A stretch of 64,000 nucleotides of DNA from Eledone cirrhosa (Eukaryota), in NCBI GenBank assembly GCA_964016885.1, contig OZ024740.1, positions 101,680,001 to 101,744,000 on the forward strand. Direction: 5' to 3'. Of this stretch, positions 15,421 through 27,270 are shown piece by piece. The translations under genes were made by a program, and so were the position numbers. The notes beneath the pieces are model-generated. The model did no database searches and was not told where the DNA came from. It was given only the letters and a program-made list of their open reading frames with translations. Position 1 is the stretch's first letter. The number at the start of each line of letters is the position of its first letter.

Positions 15421-15436
15421 ATACTAGAATGATAGA

Positions 15437-15470
<34 letters not shown>

Positions 15471-15784
15471 ATATATACATGTGTGTGTGTGTATATATAC
15501 ATGTGTGTGTGTGTGTGTGTATACGTGTGTGTGTATGTATATGCATATGTATATATAAATATATGTGTCATGCCACCATTGAAAATTGGATGCAAAACGG
15601 TGCTGATGATGATATATATGTAGAGAGAGAGTGAGAGACAGGTGTATATATATATATATATATATATATAAGTTGAAAAAAAATGAAAACGAAATTTCAT
15701 TTCTCACTCTTAGTATGGCACTTACTTAAATGTAAGTATGTATGTATACGTACATACATATATGTATACAGACGTACAGTAGCA

Positions 15785-15842
<58 letters not shown>

Positions 15843-15991
15843 CAGGTACACATACATATATGCACGCATCAGTTTAGCGGACGCTTATTATAACGCCGCT
15901 TTGTTCGTTTGTCAACAAACTGAACAGCCTGAATTTATGCCATACGGTGTTAAGGCAACCACGTCACCTTTTTGTTCAACACTGACACAGG

Positions 15992-16036
15992 AACGATGTA
16001 CTAGTTTCAAGCTTGTTAGCTATCATCAGCACCGTT
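15992..16036 (-). ncRNA. Minimal type I hammerhead ribozyme (family A, inverted copy)
   Basis: Exact reverse complement of 16701-16745. Confidence 0.9.
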
Positions 16037-16269
16037 TACCCATCTGCCAGATAGTTGAACGTTCGAAAGTATATACTTTCCTTATGAAAATTAACGGCTG
16101 AGCAGCCTAATTTGCATAATGAGTGAGTTAAATCGGTCAGGCATACCGAAAACGATAAGTTGAAAAAATGAAAACGAAATTTCATTTCTCACTCTTAGTA
16201 TTGTACTTACTTAAATGTAAGTATGTATGTATACGTACATACATATATGTATACAGACGTACAGTAGCA

Positions 16270-16333
<64 letters not shown>

Positions 16334-16700
16334 CAGGTACACATACATATATGCACGCATCAGTTTAGCGGACGCTTATTATAACGCCGCTCTCTTCGTT
16401 TGTCAACAAACTGAACAGCCTGAATTTATGCCTTAACACCGTATGGCATAAATTCAGGCTGTACGTTTGTATACATATATGTATACGTATACATACATAC
16501 TTACATTTAAGTAAGTGCCATACTAAGAGTGAGAAATGAAATTTCGTTTTCATTTTTTTCGTTTTCATTTTTTTCAACTTATCGTTTTCGGTATGCCTGA
16601 CCGATTTAACTCACTCATTATGCAAATTAGGCTGCTCAGCCGTTAATTTTCATAAAGAAAGTATATACTTTCGAACGTTCAACTATCTGGCAGATGGGTA

Positions 16701-16745
16701 AACGGTGCTGATGATAGCTAACAAGCTTGAAACTAGTACATCGTT
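16701..16745 (+). ncRNA. Minimal type I hammerhead ribozyme (family A)
   Basis: aacggtg CTGATGA t-agct-aaca-agct-t GAAAC ta GTA catcgtt: 7-bp stem I (one G.U), 4-bp stem II, palindromic stem III ACTAGT, GUA cleavage triplet. Confidence 0.9.
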
Positions 16746-16894
16746 CCTGTGTCAGTGTTGAACAAAAAGGTGACGTGGTTGCCTTAACACCGTATGGCAT
16801 AAATTCAGGCTGTTCAGTTTGTTGACAAACGAACAAAGCGGCGTTATAATAAGCGTCCGCTAAACTGATGCGTGCATATATGTATGTGTACCTG

Positions 16895-16958
<64 letters not shown>

Positions 16959-17009
16959 TGCTACTGTACGTCTGTATACATATATGTATGTACGTATACA
17001 TACATACTT

Positions 17010-17051
<42 letters not shown>

Positions 17052-17108
17052 TAGTCCCGAATAAGCCGTCGAAACGGCTTGAGCTCAGCCGTCGGGGTCC
17101 TACTCGTT

Positions 17109-17152
<44 letters not shown>

Positions 17153-17155
<3 letters not shown>

Positions 17156-17791
17156 GTATATATATAAAATTAAGTATGTGTGTGTGTGTGTGTGTCTGTG
17201 TATTACCTATAGGGGCCTACATCTTACGACCTATTTTCATGAAACTTTACAGGCTCATAGATTAGTCATCGGGGAGTGTTTTCTATATATAAGCGTATCG
17301 TTTTTTTTTATTTCGGGGTCATTCTGCAAATAAAAATCGATAGGGGCGTCACCTTCTTTTAGGTATCGAAAAATAAGATCTTTAGCTCTATCTCCCACAT
17401 TTTGCCACCGATTTCGTTCAAATTTTAAAGCAAAATAGAATTTATCATTGCACATCCTGTAATGGCTTTATATTTTGCATTTGTTGTTCAGGGACGGCGT
17501 GGCAGCCGCTTAAATATTCGAATATACCACCTTTTCGCTCAAATTTCCGCCTTTTCGGCTCTAGCTCCCACATTTTTTAACCGATTTCGTTCAAATTCGA
17601 AACTCCCTCCCCCAGCATGCCCTTCGTCAGTCACCCGCGTTTCTCAGTGATAGAGGGCATCACCACCCTCCTCCGCATAGCCTGTGTGTGGCCATAGATA
17701 AGTTATCGAGAAGCAGTCGCTAAGATCAACACCTTTTCATCAAAGCAGATATTATTTTACCTACCCAGGCAACGCTGGGTACTGCTGCTAG
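17153..17791 (+). mobile_element. Non-autonomous Helitron
   Basis: A|TC 5' end followed by tatataaa and (TG)n; 3' hairpin tacccag/ctgggta then CTAG|T; no TSD; internal repeated ccgatttcgttcaaatt motif. Confidence 0.8.
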
Positions 17792-18934
17792 TATATATAT
17801 ATGTATATCACTAGATAGACACATATACACACTTTTGTGAGGGAGTATGTGCATGTGTGTGTACAGAAAGATGAAACATCTCAAAATCCATCAAAAAGAT
17901 AAATAGATAGATATGAGGAAGATAATTCCACATTCAGTTGAAATGTTTGATAATTCTAGGTAAAAGCTAAATTTACCATTTGAATTTTCTGATCAAATAT
18001 AAACACAATTAAGAGCACTGATTCCAAACATCTGTGTTTGACATGACTTGTATATATAAGAATTTGTTTTGTTTTGTTTTTTTGTTTTTGTTTTTGGAAG
18101 TCCTGTTATCGTTATTGTTGTTCCTGCTGCTGTTATTATTATTATTGCTGTTGGGGTTTTATTTTACCGCATGTTTTGTTTTGAAACTGGAAAGACTTGT
18201 GTTAGACAACTAAAGAATAAAATCATGAAATATTGTCGTTTAGCTCCTGGTCAGCCCTGATCAGGAAGACATGGTGAAAGCCACTCCAGCAGTGACCATC
18301 CAGTCTTCTTTTTTAAACTAGTAAGATGTAATTTAAGAGAGATTCAGCTGTTATTTCTTGAAGAACAAGTGACAGCATACAAGTTTCACCATTGGCTTAT
18401 TATTAACATTCACATCTTTTTTCTTGTAGTAACTCTCCAGAAACTCTTTAGCACTATTTGTTCCAATGTAGAAACTATGTCTGAGAGAGAGGCCATATTG
18501 AAACCAATCTTTAAAAAAACTACCAAGATTGGAAGTTGATTATAAGTCTACCAAAAATAAACAAAACCTTTGAGTACATGGAAGCTACGAAAAGATTCAA
18601 CAACAAAAACTTCTAGCTTTTATACAGCTTCTCTTCTTACCTATTTTCCCTTTCTTTTTCGTTTTCTTATGCATAATCTGTCTCCCATTGGTCTTCAATA
18701 TTGAACGTTTTATTTTTCCCGCCTTTAATTTTTAATTTCATTTGGATTTTATTACTCATCTCACTAGCTCTTTTTGATTACCGACTGTGTTTAATTAAAT
18801 ACAAATGATTTAATTTAAAATGCTTGTTGTGTCAGTTTTCTCTCCAGTTTATATCCTAAGCCAATATCTATTGCGGAAAGACACACTCATGAGTACACAC
18901 ATATATAAATGTATATCTAGATATATACACATAT

Positions 18935-18938
18935 ACTG

Positions 18939-19029
<91 letters not shown>

Positions 19030-19031
19030 TC

Positions 19032-19065
<34 letters not shown>

Positions 19066-19727
19066 ATATATATATGTGTGTGCATGTATGTATGTATGTA
19101 TGTATATATATATGTATAAATATGATTGTATGTGATATATATATATGTATATATATTTATGTGTATATATATATGTGTATATATGTATGTATATGATATA
19201 TATGTGTATATATATGTATGTATATGATATATATGTGTATATATATGTATGTATATGATATATATGTGTGTATAAATATATGTATGTATATGATATATGT
19301 GTGAATATATGTATGTATATGATATATGTGTGTATATATATATATGTATGTATATGTATCTATATGTATGTATATGATATGTATATGTACATATATGTAT
19401 ATATATATGTATATGTATATATATGTATGTATATGATATGTATATGTATATATATGTATGTATATATATATGTATGTATATGTATATATATATGTATGTA
19501 TATATATATATATGTATGTATATGATATGTATATATGTATATATATGCATGTATATGATATATTTATGTATATATATATATATAAGTATGTAATGTATAT
19601 GTATATATTTTATGTATGTATGTATATATATATGTATGTATGTAATATATATGTATGTAATATATATGTATATATATGTATGTATGTAATATATGTATAT
19701 ATATATATGTATGTATATGTATGTATA

Positions 19728-19799
<72 letters not shown>

Positions 19800-19940
19800 A
19801 TATACATGTATATATATATCTATGTAATATATATGTATATATATATATCTATGTAATATATATGTATACATATATATGTATATATATATCTATGTATGTA
19901 ATATATATGTATATATATATGTATGTAATATATATGTATA
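18935..19940. repeat. Compound (TA)/(TATG) microsatellite, ~1 kb; similar tracts at 9370-9945, 25950-26120, 27270-27680, 30020-30330
   Basis: Direct reading; source of the spurious YI/MYV ORFs. Confidence 0.97.
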
Positions 19941-20797
19941 TCATCATCATCATCATCATCATCAACGTTTAACGTCCGTGTTCCACGCTTGCATGGGTTT
20001 GGACGGGGGTTTTTCCACTTGAGGCAAGAGTGTTTGTCTTGCTCGCATAGGACTATCTGGCGGGTTTTCTACAGCTGGATGCCCTTCCTAACACCAACCA
20101 CATTTACAGTGTGGGGCTGGGAGGTTTTTACCGTGTTGCCTACACGGCCACATTACAGCGTGGACTGTCTGGCAGGTTTTCTACAGCTGGATGCCCTTCC
20201 TAACACCAACCACATTTACAGTGTGGGGCTGGGAGGTTTTTACCGTGTTGCCTACACGACCACATTACAGCGTGGACTGTGTCTACACGATCTCATTTGT
20301 TTCGGCCTGGATGTTGTGGCACCAACATAACTTTACATGAAGAGGCGGTGTGGATGGGGTGTGGATGGGGGGGGGGTATTTTGTTAGAGATGCCTACTGG
20401 CTGTAGTAGGTTTTACTTTGTATTTAGGTAAGGCGGGTCTCCTCTATTACTGAGTACCGCCAAAGGTCTCGGTCCAGTGACATTGTCTTGGAGAGGTGTA
20501 AGTGTGTTAGGTCAGAATTTATTAGCTCGTCCCAGGTTTTTCTGGGTCTGCCTACTCCGTAGCTACTGTCTATCTTTATTGCCCTGCACTTTGTTATACA
20601 GCTGTCGTCTTTCATGCGCATCACGTGACCATACCAACGTAGCCTTCTCTCGAGTAAACAACATCTGATCCCTCTTATTTCTAATTTTTTCCTGAGTTCG
20701 TTTATGCTTTGCCGTTCACGTATGTTACTATTACACATCCAGCGGAGCATGCAAGCTTCGTTCCTCTCTAGTCTGCGTATATCTTCTGCACACAATG
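19941..20797 (-). mobile_element. RTE LINE 3' fragment with 112-bp internal duplication
   Basis: ORF 20424-20810 matches the RTE C-terminus; 3' UTR and TGA tail. Confidence 0.9.
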
Positions 20798-20818
20798 CAC
20801 CAAAACACATTAAAACAG

Positions 20819-21012
20819 TTCAAGAAGTCTTTGGACTAATTCCTTCAAGTAATCCCGGATAAGCCTCCTAGACCCAGATATGCCTCCGTAAACAATAACT
20901 CTCTACTTGAGTGGGCCATGGTTCCCAAATCCTGATTTGAAAGACTTTACCAGGTGGTGCTATTAAGTTAGACATGGCCTGGGCCAATACTGGCCAAAAC
21001 CTATCAAAGTTA
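20819..21012 (+). mobile_element. CR1-like LINE 3' end (second family)
   Basis: Hand translation: FKKSLD*FLQVIPDKPPRPRYASVNNNSLLEW. Confidence 0.6.
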
Positions 21013-22501
21013 TATATATATATAAGGAAAAGAAATTGAAAATGTCTTTTAAGAATATCTAAAAATTAAAAAGTCTTTTAAGAATATTTATTTACATTAC
21101 CAGTTTCACAGATCTTATGATTTTCAAAAATAAAATTGAGATGGAGGGTTTGTGTCTCTGCTGTGGTCAGTCTCTCATCTAGTTTGATTTCGAAAGTTCT
21201 TTCTGTTTTATATGAAAAAAGTGTCTCAGATTAGACCATGAAACCTGGATAGCACTAGAAAAACATGTCACAGATTTCATAGACAAAATTTTATTTATAT
21301 ATCTATTTGTTTTCTGTGTGAGGCTCAAACTTTTCAATCACCTCTCATATATATATATCATCATCATCCTCATTTTACGTCCGCTTTTCCCTGCTTGCAA
21401 GGGTGAGAGAGGTCCTATTCAGCACAGCATCTCTCCACTTGTCACGGTCCTTCGTTATCTCCTCCGTGAGCTTCAGCGATCTGAGGTTTGCTCTCACCAC
21501 CTCCACCCATGTTTTTGTGGTCTTCCTCAGACATATATATATATATGTGTGTGTGTGTGTATGTATATATATATATGTGTGTGTGTGTATCATGCAAACT
21601 TGGAAAAACGGACGTAAATACGATGATGATGATGTGTTTGTGCGTGGTTCTAGCCACTAAATTCAACTGGCAAGGTATTACTCAATCTAAGAATCTGGTG
21701 AACGACACCTCCCCAAGTTTCAGCTTAGTGTGATTAACTCTTAAAAAATATGTTTGCAAAGCAAAGTCCTTAACTGCACAGCCATGTGAAATATAAGTGA
21801 TACTAATATATTTACAGCCATTCTACTAGATTTTCTCTGTTAAATGTGTTTAATTTTAGGCCATTTAATGCCTGTGCAATGTTAATATAGAGTGACTTCA
21901 TTCTTTTATATAATAATTGAACACTGAACAATATGGCAGCATAAAAAGCTACAATTGTCACATTTTGTTCAAGACTTTTCTTTAAAAAATAACTGTAGCC
22001 ACTCTCACTTTGAATATTTCGTTCATTGATGTCAACATTTGACAATTTATTTCATCATCGAGTTGAGTTTTGCTAATAAGAGACAACCTTGGAGCTAAGC
22101 AACTGTTAAAAGTCACCTACAGGGGAAACAATTTTTACCAATATAGACTGATTAGCTTTCATTATTGAACACTATTTGCTTACAATACACATACACACAC
22201 ACACACATATATATGTGTGTGTCTATGTATATACTTCCACATTTACATATATGTATATTAAATATATATATATATGCATGTACATACATTGTCCAACCCA
22301 TGCTAACAAGGAGAATGGCTGTTAAATGAAGATGATGGTATGTATATACGTACATACACACACACACACATATATATATTCTCACATTTTGCATGTATGT
22401 ATATACACCTTTACATATGTGTGTGTGTTCATATACATACATTAAATATATGCTACGCATTCAGGTAATGATTTAGTTCTTCATAATTCATGAAATGTAT
22501 C

Positions 22502-22800
22502 GTTTCTTCTTCTTCTTCTTCTTCTTTTCTTTTTTCTTATTTTTCCTTTTCTTCTTTTCTTTTTCTTTTTCTTTTCTTTTCTTCTTTTCCTCCTTTTTCT
22601 TCTTTTTTCTTATTCTTTTTTTCTTCTTTTTTTCTTTTTCTTCTCTTTTTTTCTTTTTTTTCTTTTTCTTCTTTTTCTTCTTTTTCTTCTTTTTCTTCTT
22701 TTTCTTCTTTTTCTTCTTTACCTTTTCTTTTCTCCTTTTTCTTCTTTCTTTCATTCTTTCATTCTTCTTTCATTCTTCTTTTTTCTTTCTTCTTCTTTTC
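22502..22800. repeat. Polypyrimidine tract (TTC / TTTTTCTTC)n
   Basis: ~300 nt of almost only T/C on the + strand. Confidence 0.95.
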
Positions 22801-23223
22801 CTCCTCCTACTATTATTTTATTTCTATTTATTTTTTCTGCTCACCATCCTCCTCATCTGTTTCTCCCTCTTATTTTTTTTCAACATTGTATACAGCAAGA
22901 GGAAAAATAGCTTACATGGGAATATATTATTTTCTTTCCCTAGCCATCATATATAGCTTTTTTATCTTCACAGCAATTCCAGCATCCAGTTCCTCGAGAG
23001 CTGTGCTACAGAGTAATCAATACTCTATTTTCTTTCATTAGTTCCAGGACAAACTATCATACACACCTACCCACACATGCACACACACACGGGCAGTTTA
23101 TATATATGTATGTATGCATATGTGTATGTATGTATATATATATATGTATATATATATACGTATATGGATATAAATATGTATATAAATATATATATATGTA
23201 TATATATACGTATATGTATATAA

Positions 23224-23254
<31 letters not shown>

Positions 23255-23660
23255 TGTATATAGATATAATATACAAAGCATAAATGAATTGAGAGAGAGA
23301 CTGAGCATAAGAGGAATCAAATGCTGTGTGCAGGAGAGGGGGTTGCGTTGGTATGGACATGTGATGTGTATGAAGGATGACAGCTGCATAAGTCGATGGA
23401 AACCGCGGAGTGGGGAGACCCAAGATGACCTGGGATGAGGTGATAAAAGCCGACATTAGCCAATTACACCTCTCAAAGTGGGACTTGACTCGTTCATCCT
23501 GACTTTTCGTTGCTTCACCATCTTTGTTTGTTTACACTCTCGCTGTTCCCTTTATTTACGTGTCCCAACGACTTTCTTTAGCCGTTGCTCACAGTAGTTT
23601 TATTTTTTAAGATATATTTATCAAACTTGGGTTAATTCTTCATGACTTGTTCTTTCGATC

Positions 23661-24784
23661 TCACTCGATAAACCCACAATTGGCTTTGATGACGGCCTCA
23701 AGGCGGCCTCGGAACCGGCTACAGGCCTTCGTCACTGTCCCCCGACTTAGGCCCCTAAAGGCACTTGTGATCCTGGCCTTCAGATCGTCTTTCGTATTGC
23801 AGCTAGATCTGTTGGTGTCTCGTTCCACTGCGCCCCACACAAAGAAGTCGAGGGGGTTACAGGCAGGCAGGCTGGGAGGCCAGATGTCAGGTGAAGTGTG
23901 GTCGACGAAGTTCTATGACAGCCAGGCTTGGGTCTTTTGGCTGGTATGGCAGGGCGTTGAGTCTTGCTGCCACACATACGGCCTACCTGCAGCTACCTGG
24001 TCGATCCAGAACGCGGATGTAGCCATCGGTGTTCAGCTTGAGTCCCTCAGGGAAGAAGTGGGGTGGCATGACGTCACCTTGACTGATGACGACACCTAAG
24101 ACCAATGTTGTCGCTGGAAATTTTGTCTGCATGACTCTGAGCACGTCTTTGGATGAGACAGCAAGCCACCTGTTCTGGGAGTTGATCTTCTGGTCTTGGC
24201 AGAAGTTTTTCTCATCGGAGAAAAACCACAGCATGTCTGGCTCCAGTGGGTGTTTCAACTTGTTGATCAGCTTCTTTGCGTGCTTCCGTCACTTTTCTTG
24301 CATCGCCTTTGACAGAAATTGTCCTTTCCTCATCTTGTATGAAACGTAGCGAATGTCTTCATGTACCACCAGCCTAATGAGTTTTTCATCCACGCCTTTC
24401 TCCCTTGCACTTCCTCGCTTGAACTTCAGCGACGAACTCGGGCGTTCTGAAGGCATCAAATCGTCGATCATGTGTTTTCCTTTCTGATGTTGGTTCGTAG
24501 TCGAATCCTGAATCTTCCAATTCCTTTCTGACCTTTTCCACAATTCTCCTGCTGAAGCTGAAAAAGTCTGAAATTTCCTTATTTGTCCTCTCGGCGCGGA
24601 TTCCAAGAAGAACTCCGTGTCTCTTCACAAAATTTGGAGATTCAAAATTATTCATAATCAATTATTCTGAAAATAAATAATGGAAATATAGTCACTGTTT
24701 TTATGAAGACACGAGTGACAACGGAAGTAAAAAAAATTACATAAAATTACCAGTTGAAAATTGCAAACAAATATCGTCCACACC

Positions 24785-24787
<3 letters not shown>
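23661..24787 (-). pseudogene. Tc1/mariner DD37D (maT-type) transposase relic
   Basis: WFFSDEKNF, YVWQQDSTPCH...WPPSLPACNPLDFFVWG with 37 residues between the 2nd and 3rd D; ends RLEAVIKANCGFIE*; stops and frameshifts; CAGGGTG TIR-like end at ~24787. Confidence 0.9.
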
Positions 24788-24852
<65 letters not shown>

Positions 24853-24899
24853 CGTAAAATAAGAAAATTATAGTAATTAACTTACTTACTTAAATTTCA

Positions 24900-24965
24900 C
24901 TCCAACTAATTAATTTCTGAAGTCTTCAAATGGAGACCATGGAGAATCCTTTCTTCATCAGGGAG
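24900..24965 (-). ncRNA. Type I hammerhead ribozyme (family B, inverted copy, stem II deletion)
   Basis: Minus strand ctcc CTGATGA agaaagg...cttca GAAAT taatta GTT ggag. Confidence 0.7.
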
Positions 24966-25378
24966 ACATTCTCGGCTAAGATTCCTGGCAATACGCGGAC
25001 ACAGGGGACTTATACAAAAATAATTCAGTGGATCGAAAAAAGCAAGCGCGGACTAAATTACAAGACATTGAAAATTTCACTGCCTTCCTGGTCGGTGGCA
25101 AATTCAAAAGAATCAATCACGTGACATCGAGGTTAATCAGTGAGGAGTGGGTGTTAAAAAGACAGGAGCCAAACTAACTGTATTTTTAACACCCCATTCC
25201 TCACTGATTAACCTCGATGTCACGTGATTGATTCTTTTGAATTTGCCACTAACCAGGAAGGCAGTGAAATTTTCAATGTCTTGGAATTTAGTCCGCGCTT
25301 GCTTTTTTCGATCCACTGAATTATTTTTGTATAAGTCCCCTGTGTCCGCGTATTGCCAGGAATCTTAGCCGAGAATGT

Positions 25379-25458
25379 CTCCCCGATGAAGAAAGGATTC
25401 TCCATGGTCTCCATTTGAAGACTATGTATATCCCCTTTCAGAAACTAATTAGTTGGAG
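25379..25458 (+). ncRNA. Type I hammerhead ribozyme (family B), core U4>C variant
   Basis: ctcc CCGATGA a-gaaagg...cctttc-a GAAAC taatta GTT ggag; palindromic stem III ACTAATTAGT. Confidence 0.75.
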
Positions 25459-25948
25459 TGAAATTTAAGTAAGTAAGTTAATTACTATAATTTTCTTATT
25501 TTACGTCTTTTATATAATTTTCTACATCTCTTTGTATTGAACCACAAAGTTATTAAGACAAAACCTATATCTTTGCTAGCGTAAGTATACATCTGTATAA
25601 ATATGTTGGTAGATATACTAATTCTTTTTATATATATATCTATATATATATATATATTTCGTTTTTTCCCGTTCTTTGCCAGCGAACGTAACCACGAACC
25701 AAAGTATCGTCTTCCTGTCTTCCTCCGGTTGCAACGTTTTTTGAAATATCCAGTTCTGCGTTTACAGATTGACTTTGTTAGTTTCAGAAGATCCCGTTAA
25801 GGGTGAAAGCAGCGATTCTTTGCTTAAACTTTAATCTGTTATTTTAATAAATATTTGCTCTACGGTTCTTATATATTTGATATATATTTTCCTTATCGAG
25901 CCCTCTTTGGATTTTAGTCTTCAATTTTATTATTATTACTATTATTAC

Positions 25949-26113
<165 letters not shown>

Positions 26114-26172
26114 TATATATATAATATAAAGTTAAATAAAAGTCAAATGATTAAAATTTAGCTTCGTTTATT

Positions 26173-26229
26173 ACTGCTATATATATATTTCAGTGACAGC
26201 CATCTTTGGCTGTGACCTCTTCAGGCAGT
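26173..26229 (-). ncRNA. Type I hammerhead ribozyme (family C)
   Basis: Minus strand actgc CTGAAGA g-gtcacagcca-aaga-tggctgtcac-t GAAA tatatata TA gcagt, immediately followed by AATAAA. Confidence 0.85.
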
Positions 26230-26531
26230 TTGAATTAGTATGGTATAGACAAGTACATATGTTGTTTAGGTGTATGATATTGTCAATACTCTGATATGCC
26301 CAGTTCCTTGTTGGGTTGTTAATTCACTGGGGAACTGGAGTCATATGAATTCAAACAAACGAATTTTCGTGTCACAGGTCCCCTTCTCCTCTCATTGGTC
26401 AGTTATTAGAACATTCTTCACTTAGAATGAAGAATGTTCTTTTGGAGTAACCAAACCAACCTGCGCACTTCGTCGAGTGCTCCAGCCTGCATACTGAGGT
26501 GTTGGTATACAACCAACATAAACTCAAAATC

Positions 26532-27270
<739 letters not shown>

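Larger units (their letters stand above)
15671..17010. mobile_element. Hammerhead-bearing ~490-bp tandem/inverted repeat element (retrozyme or non-autonomous Penelope-like)
   Basis: Unit starting agttgaaaaaatgaaaacg at 15671 and ~16158 (seamless tandem), then inverted copies 16433-17010; one hammerhead per full unit; no real ORF. Confidence 0.8.
24842..25630. mobile_element. Foldback element with ~330-bp arms, a hammerhead in each arm and an extra 3' tail
   Basis: 24842-25165 is the reverse complement of 25178-25516 (the ORF track shows the same 64-aa reading on both strands); flanked by (TA)n. Confidence 0.85.

Noticed and set aside
15595-15612. aacggtgCTGATGA identical to the family A 5' half
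   Set aside because: It is an RTE/SINE-type (TGA)n tail; no stem II or GAAA-stem III follows
22488-23041. Poly-K/F/S ORFs
   Set aside because: Products of the polypyrimidine tract
24930-25414. Twin 64-aa ORFs METMENPFF on both strands
   Set aside because: A consequence of the inverted repeat; they run antisense to the ribozyme and show no recognisable domain
25760-25840. Minus-strand GAAAC-taacaaa-GTC half motif
   Set aside because: No CTGANGA and only a weak inverted repeat; cannot be supported
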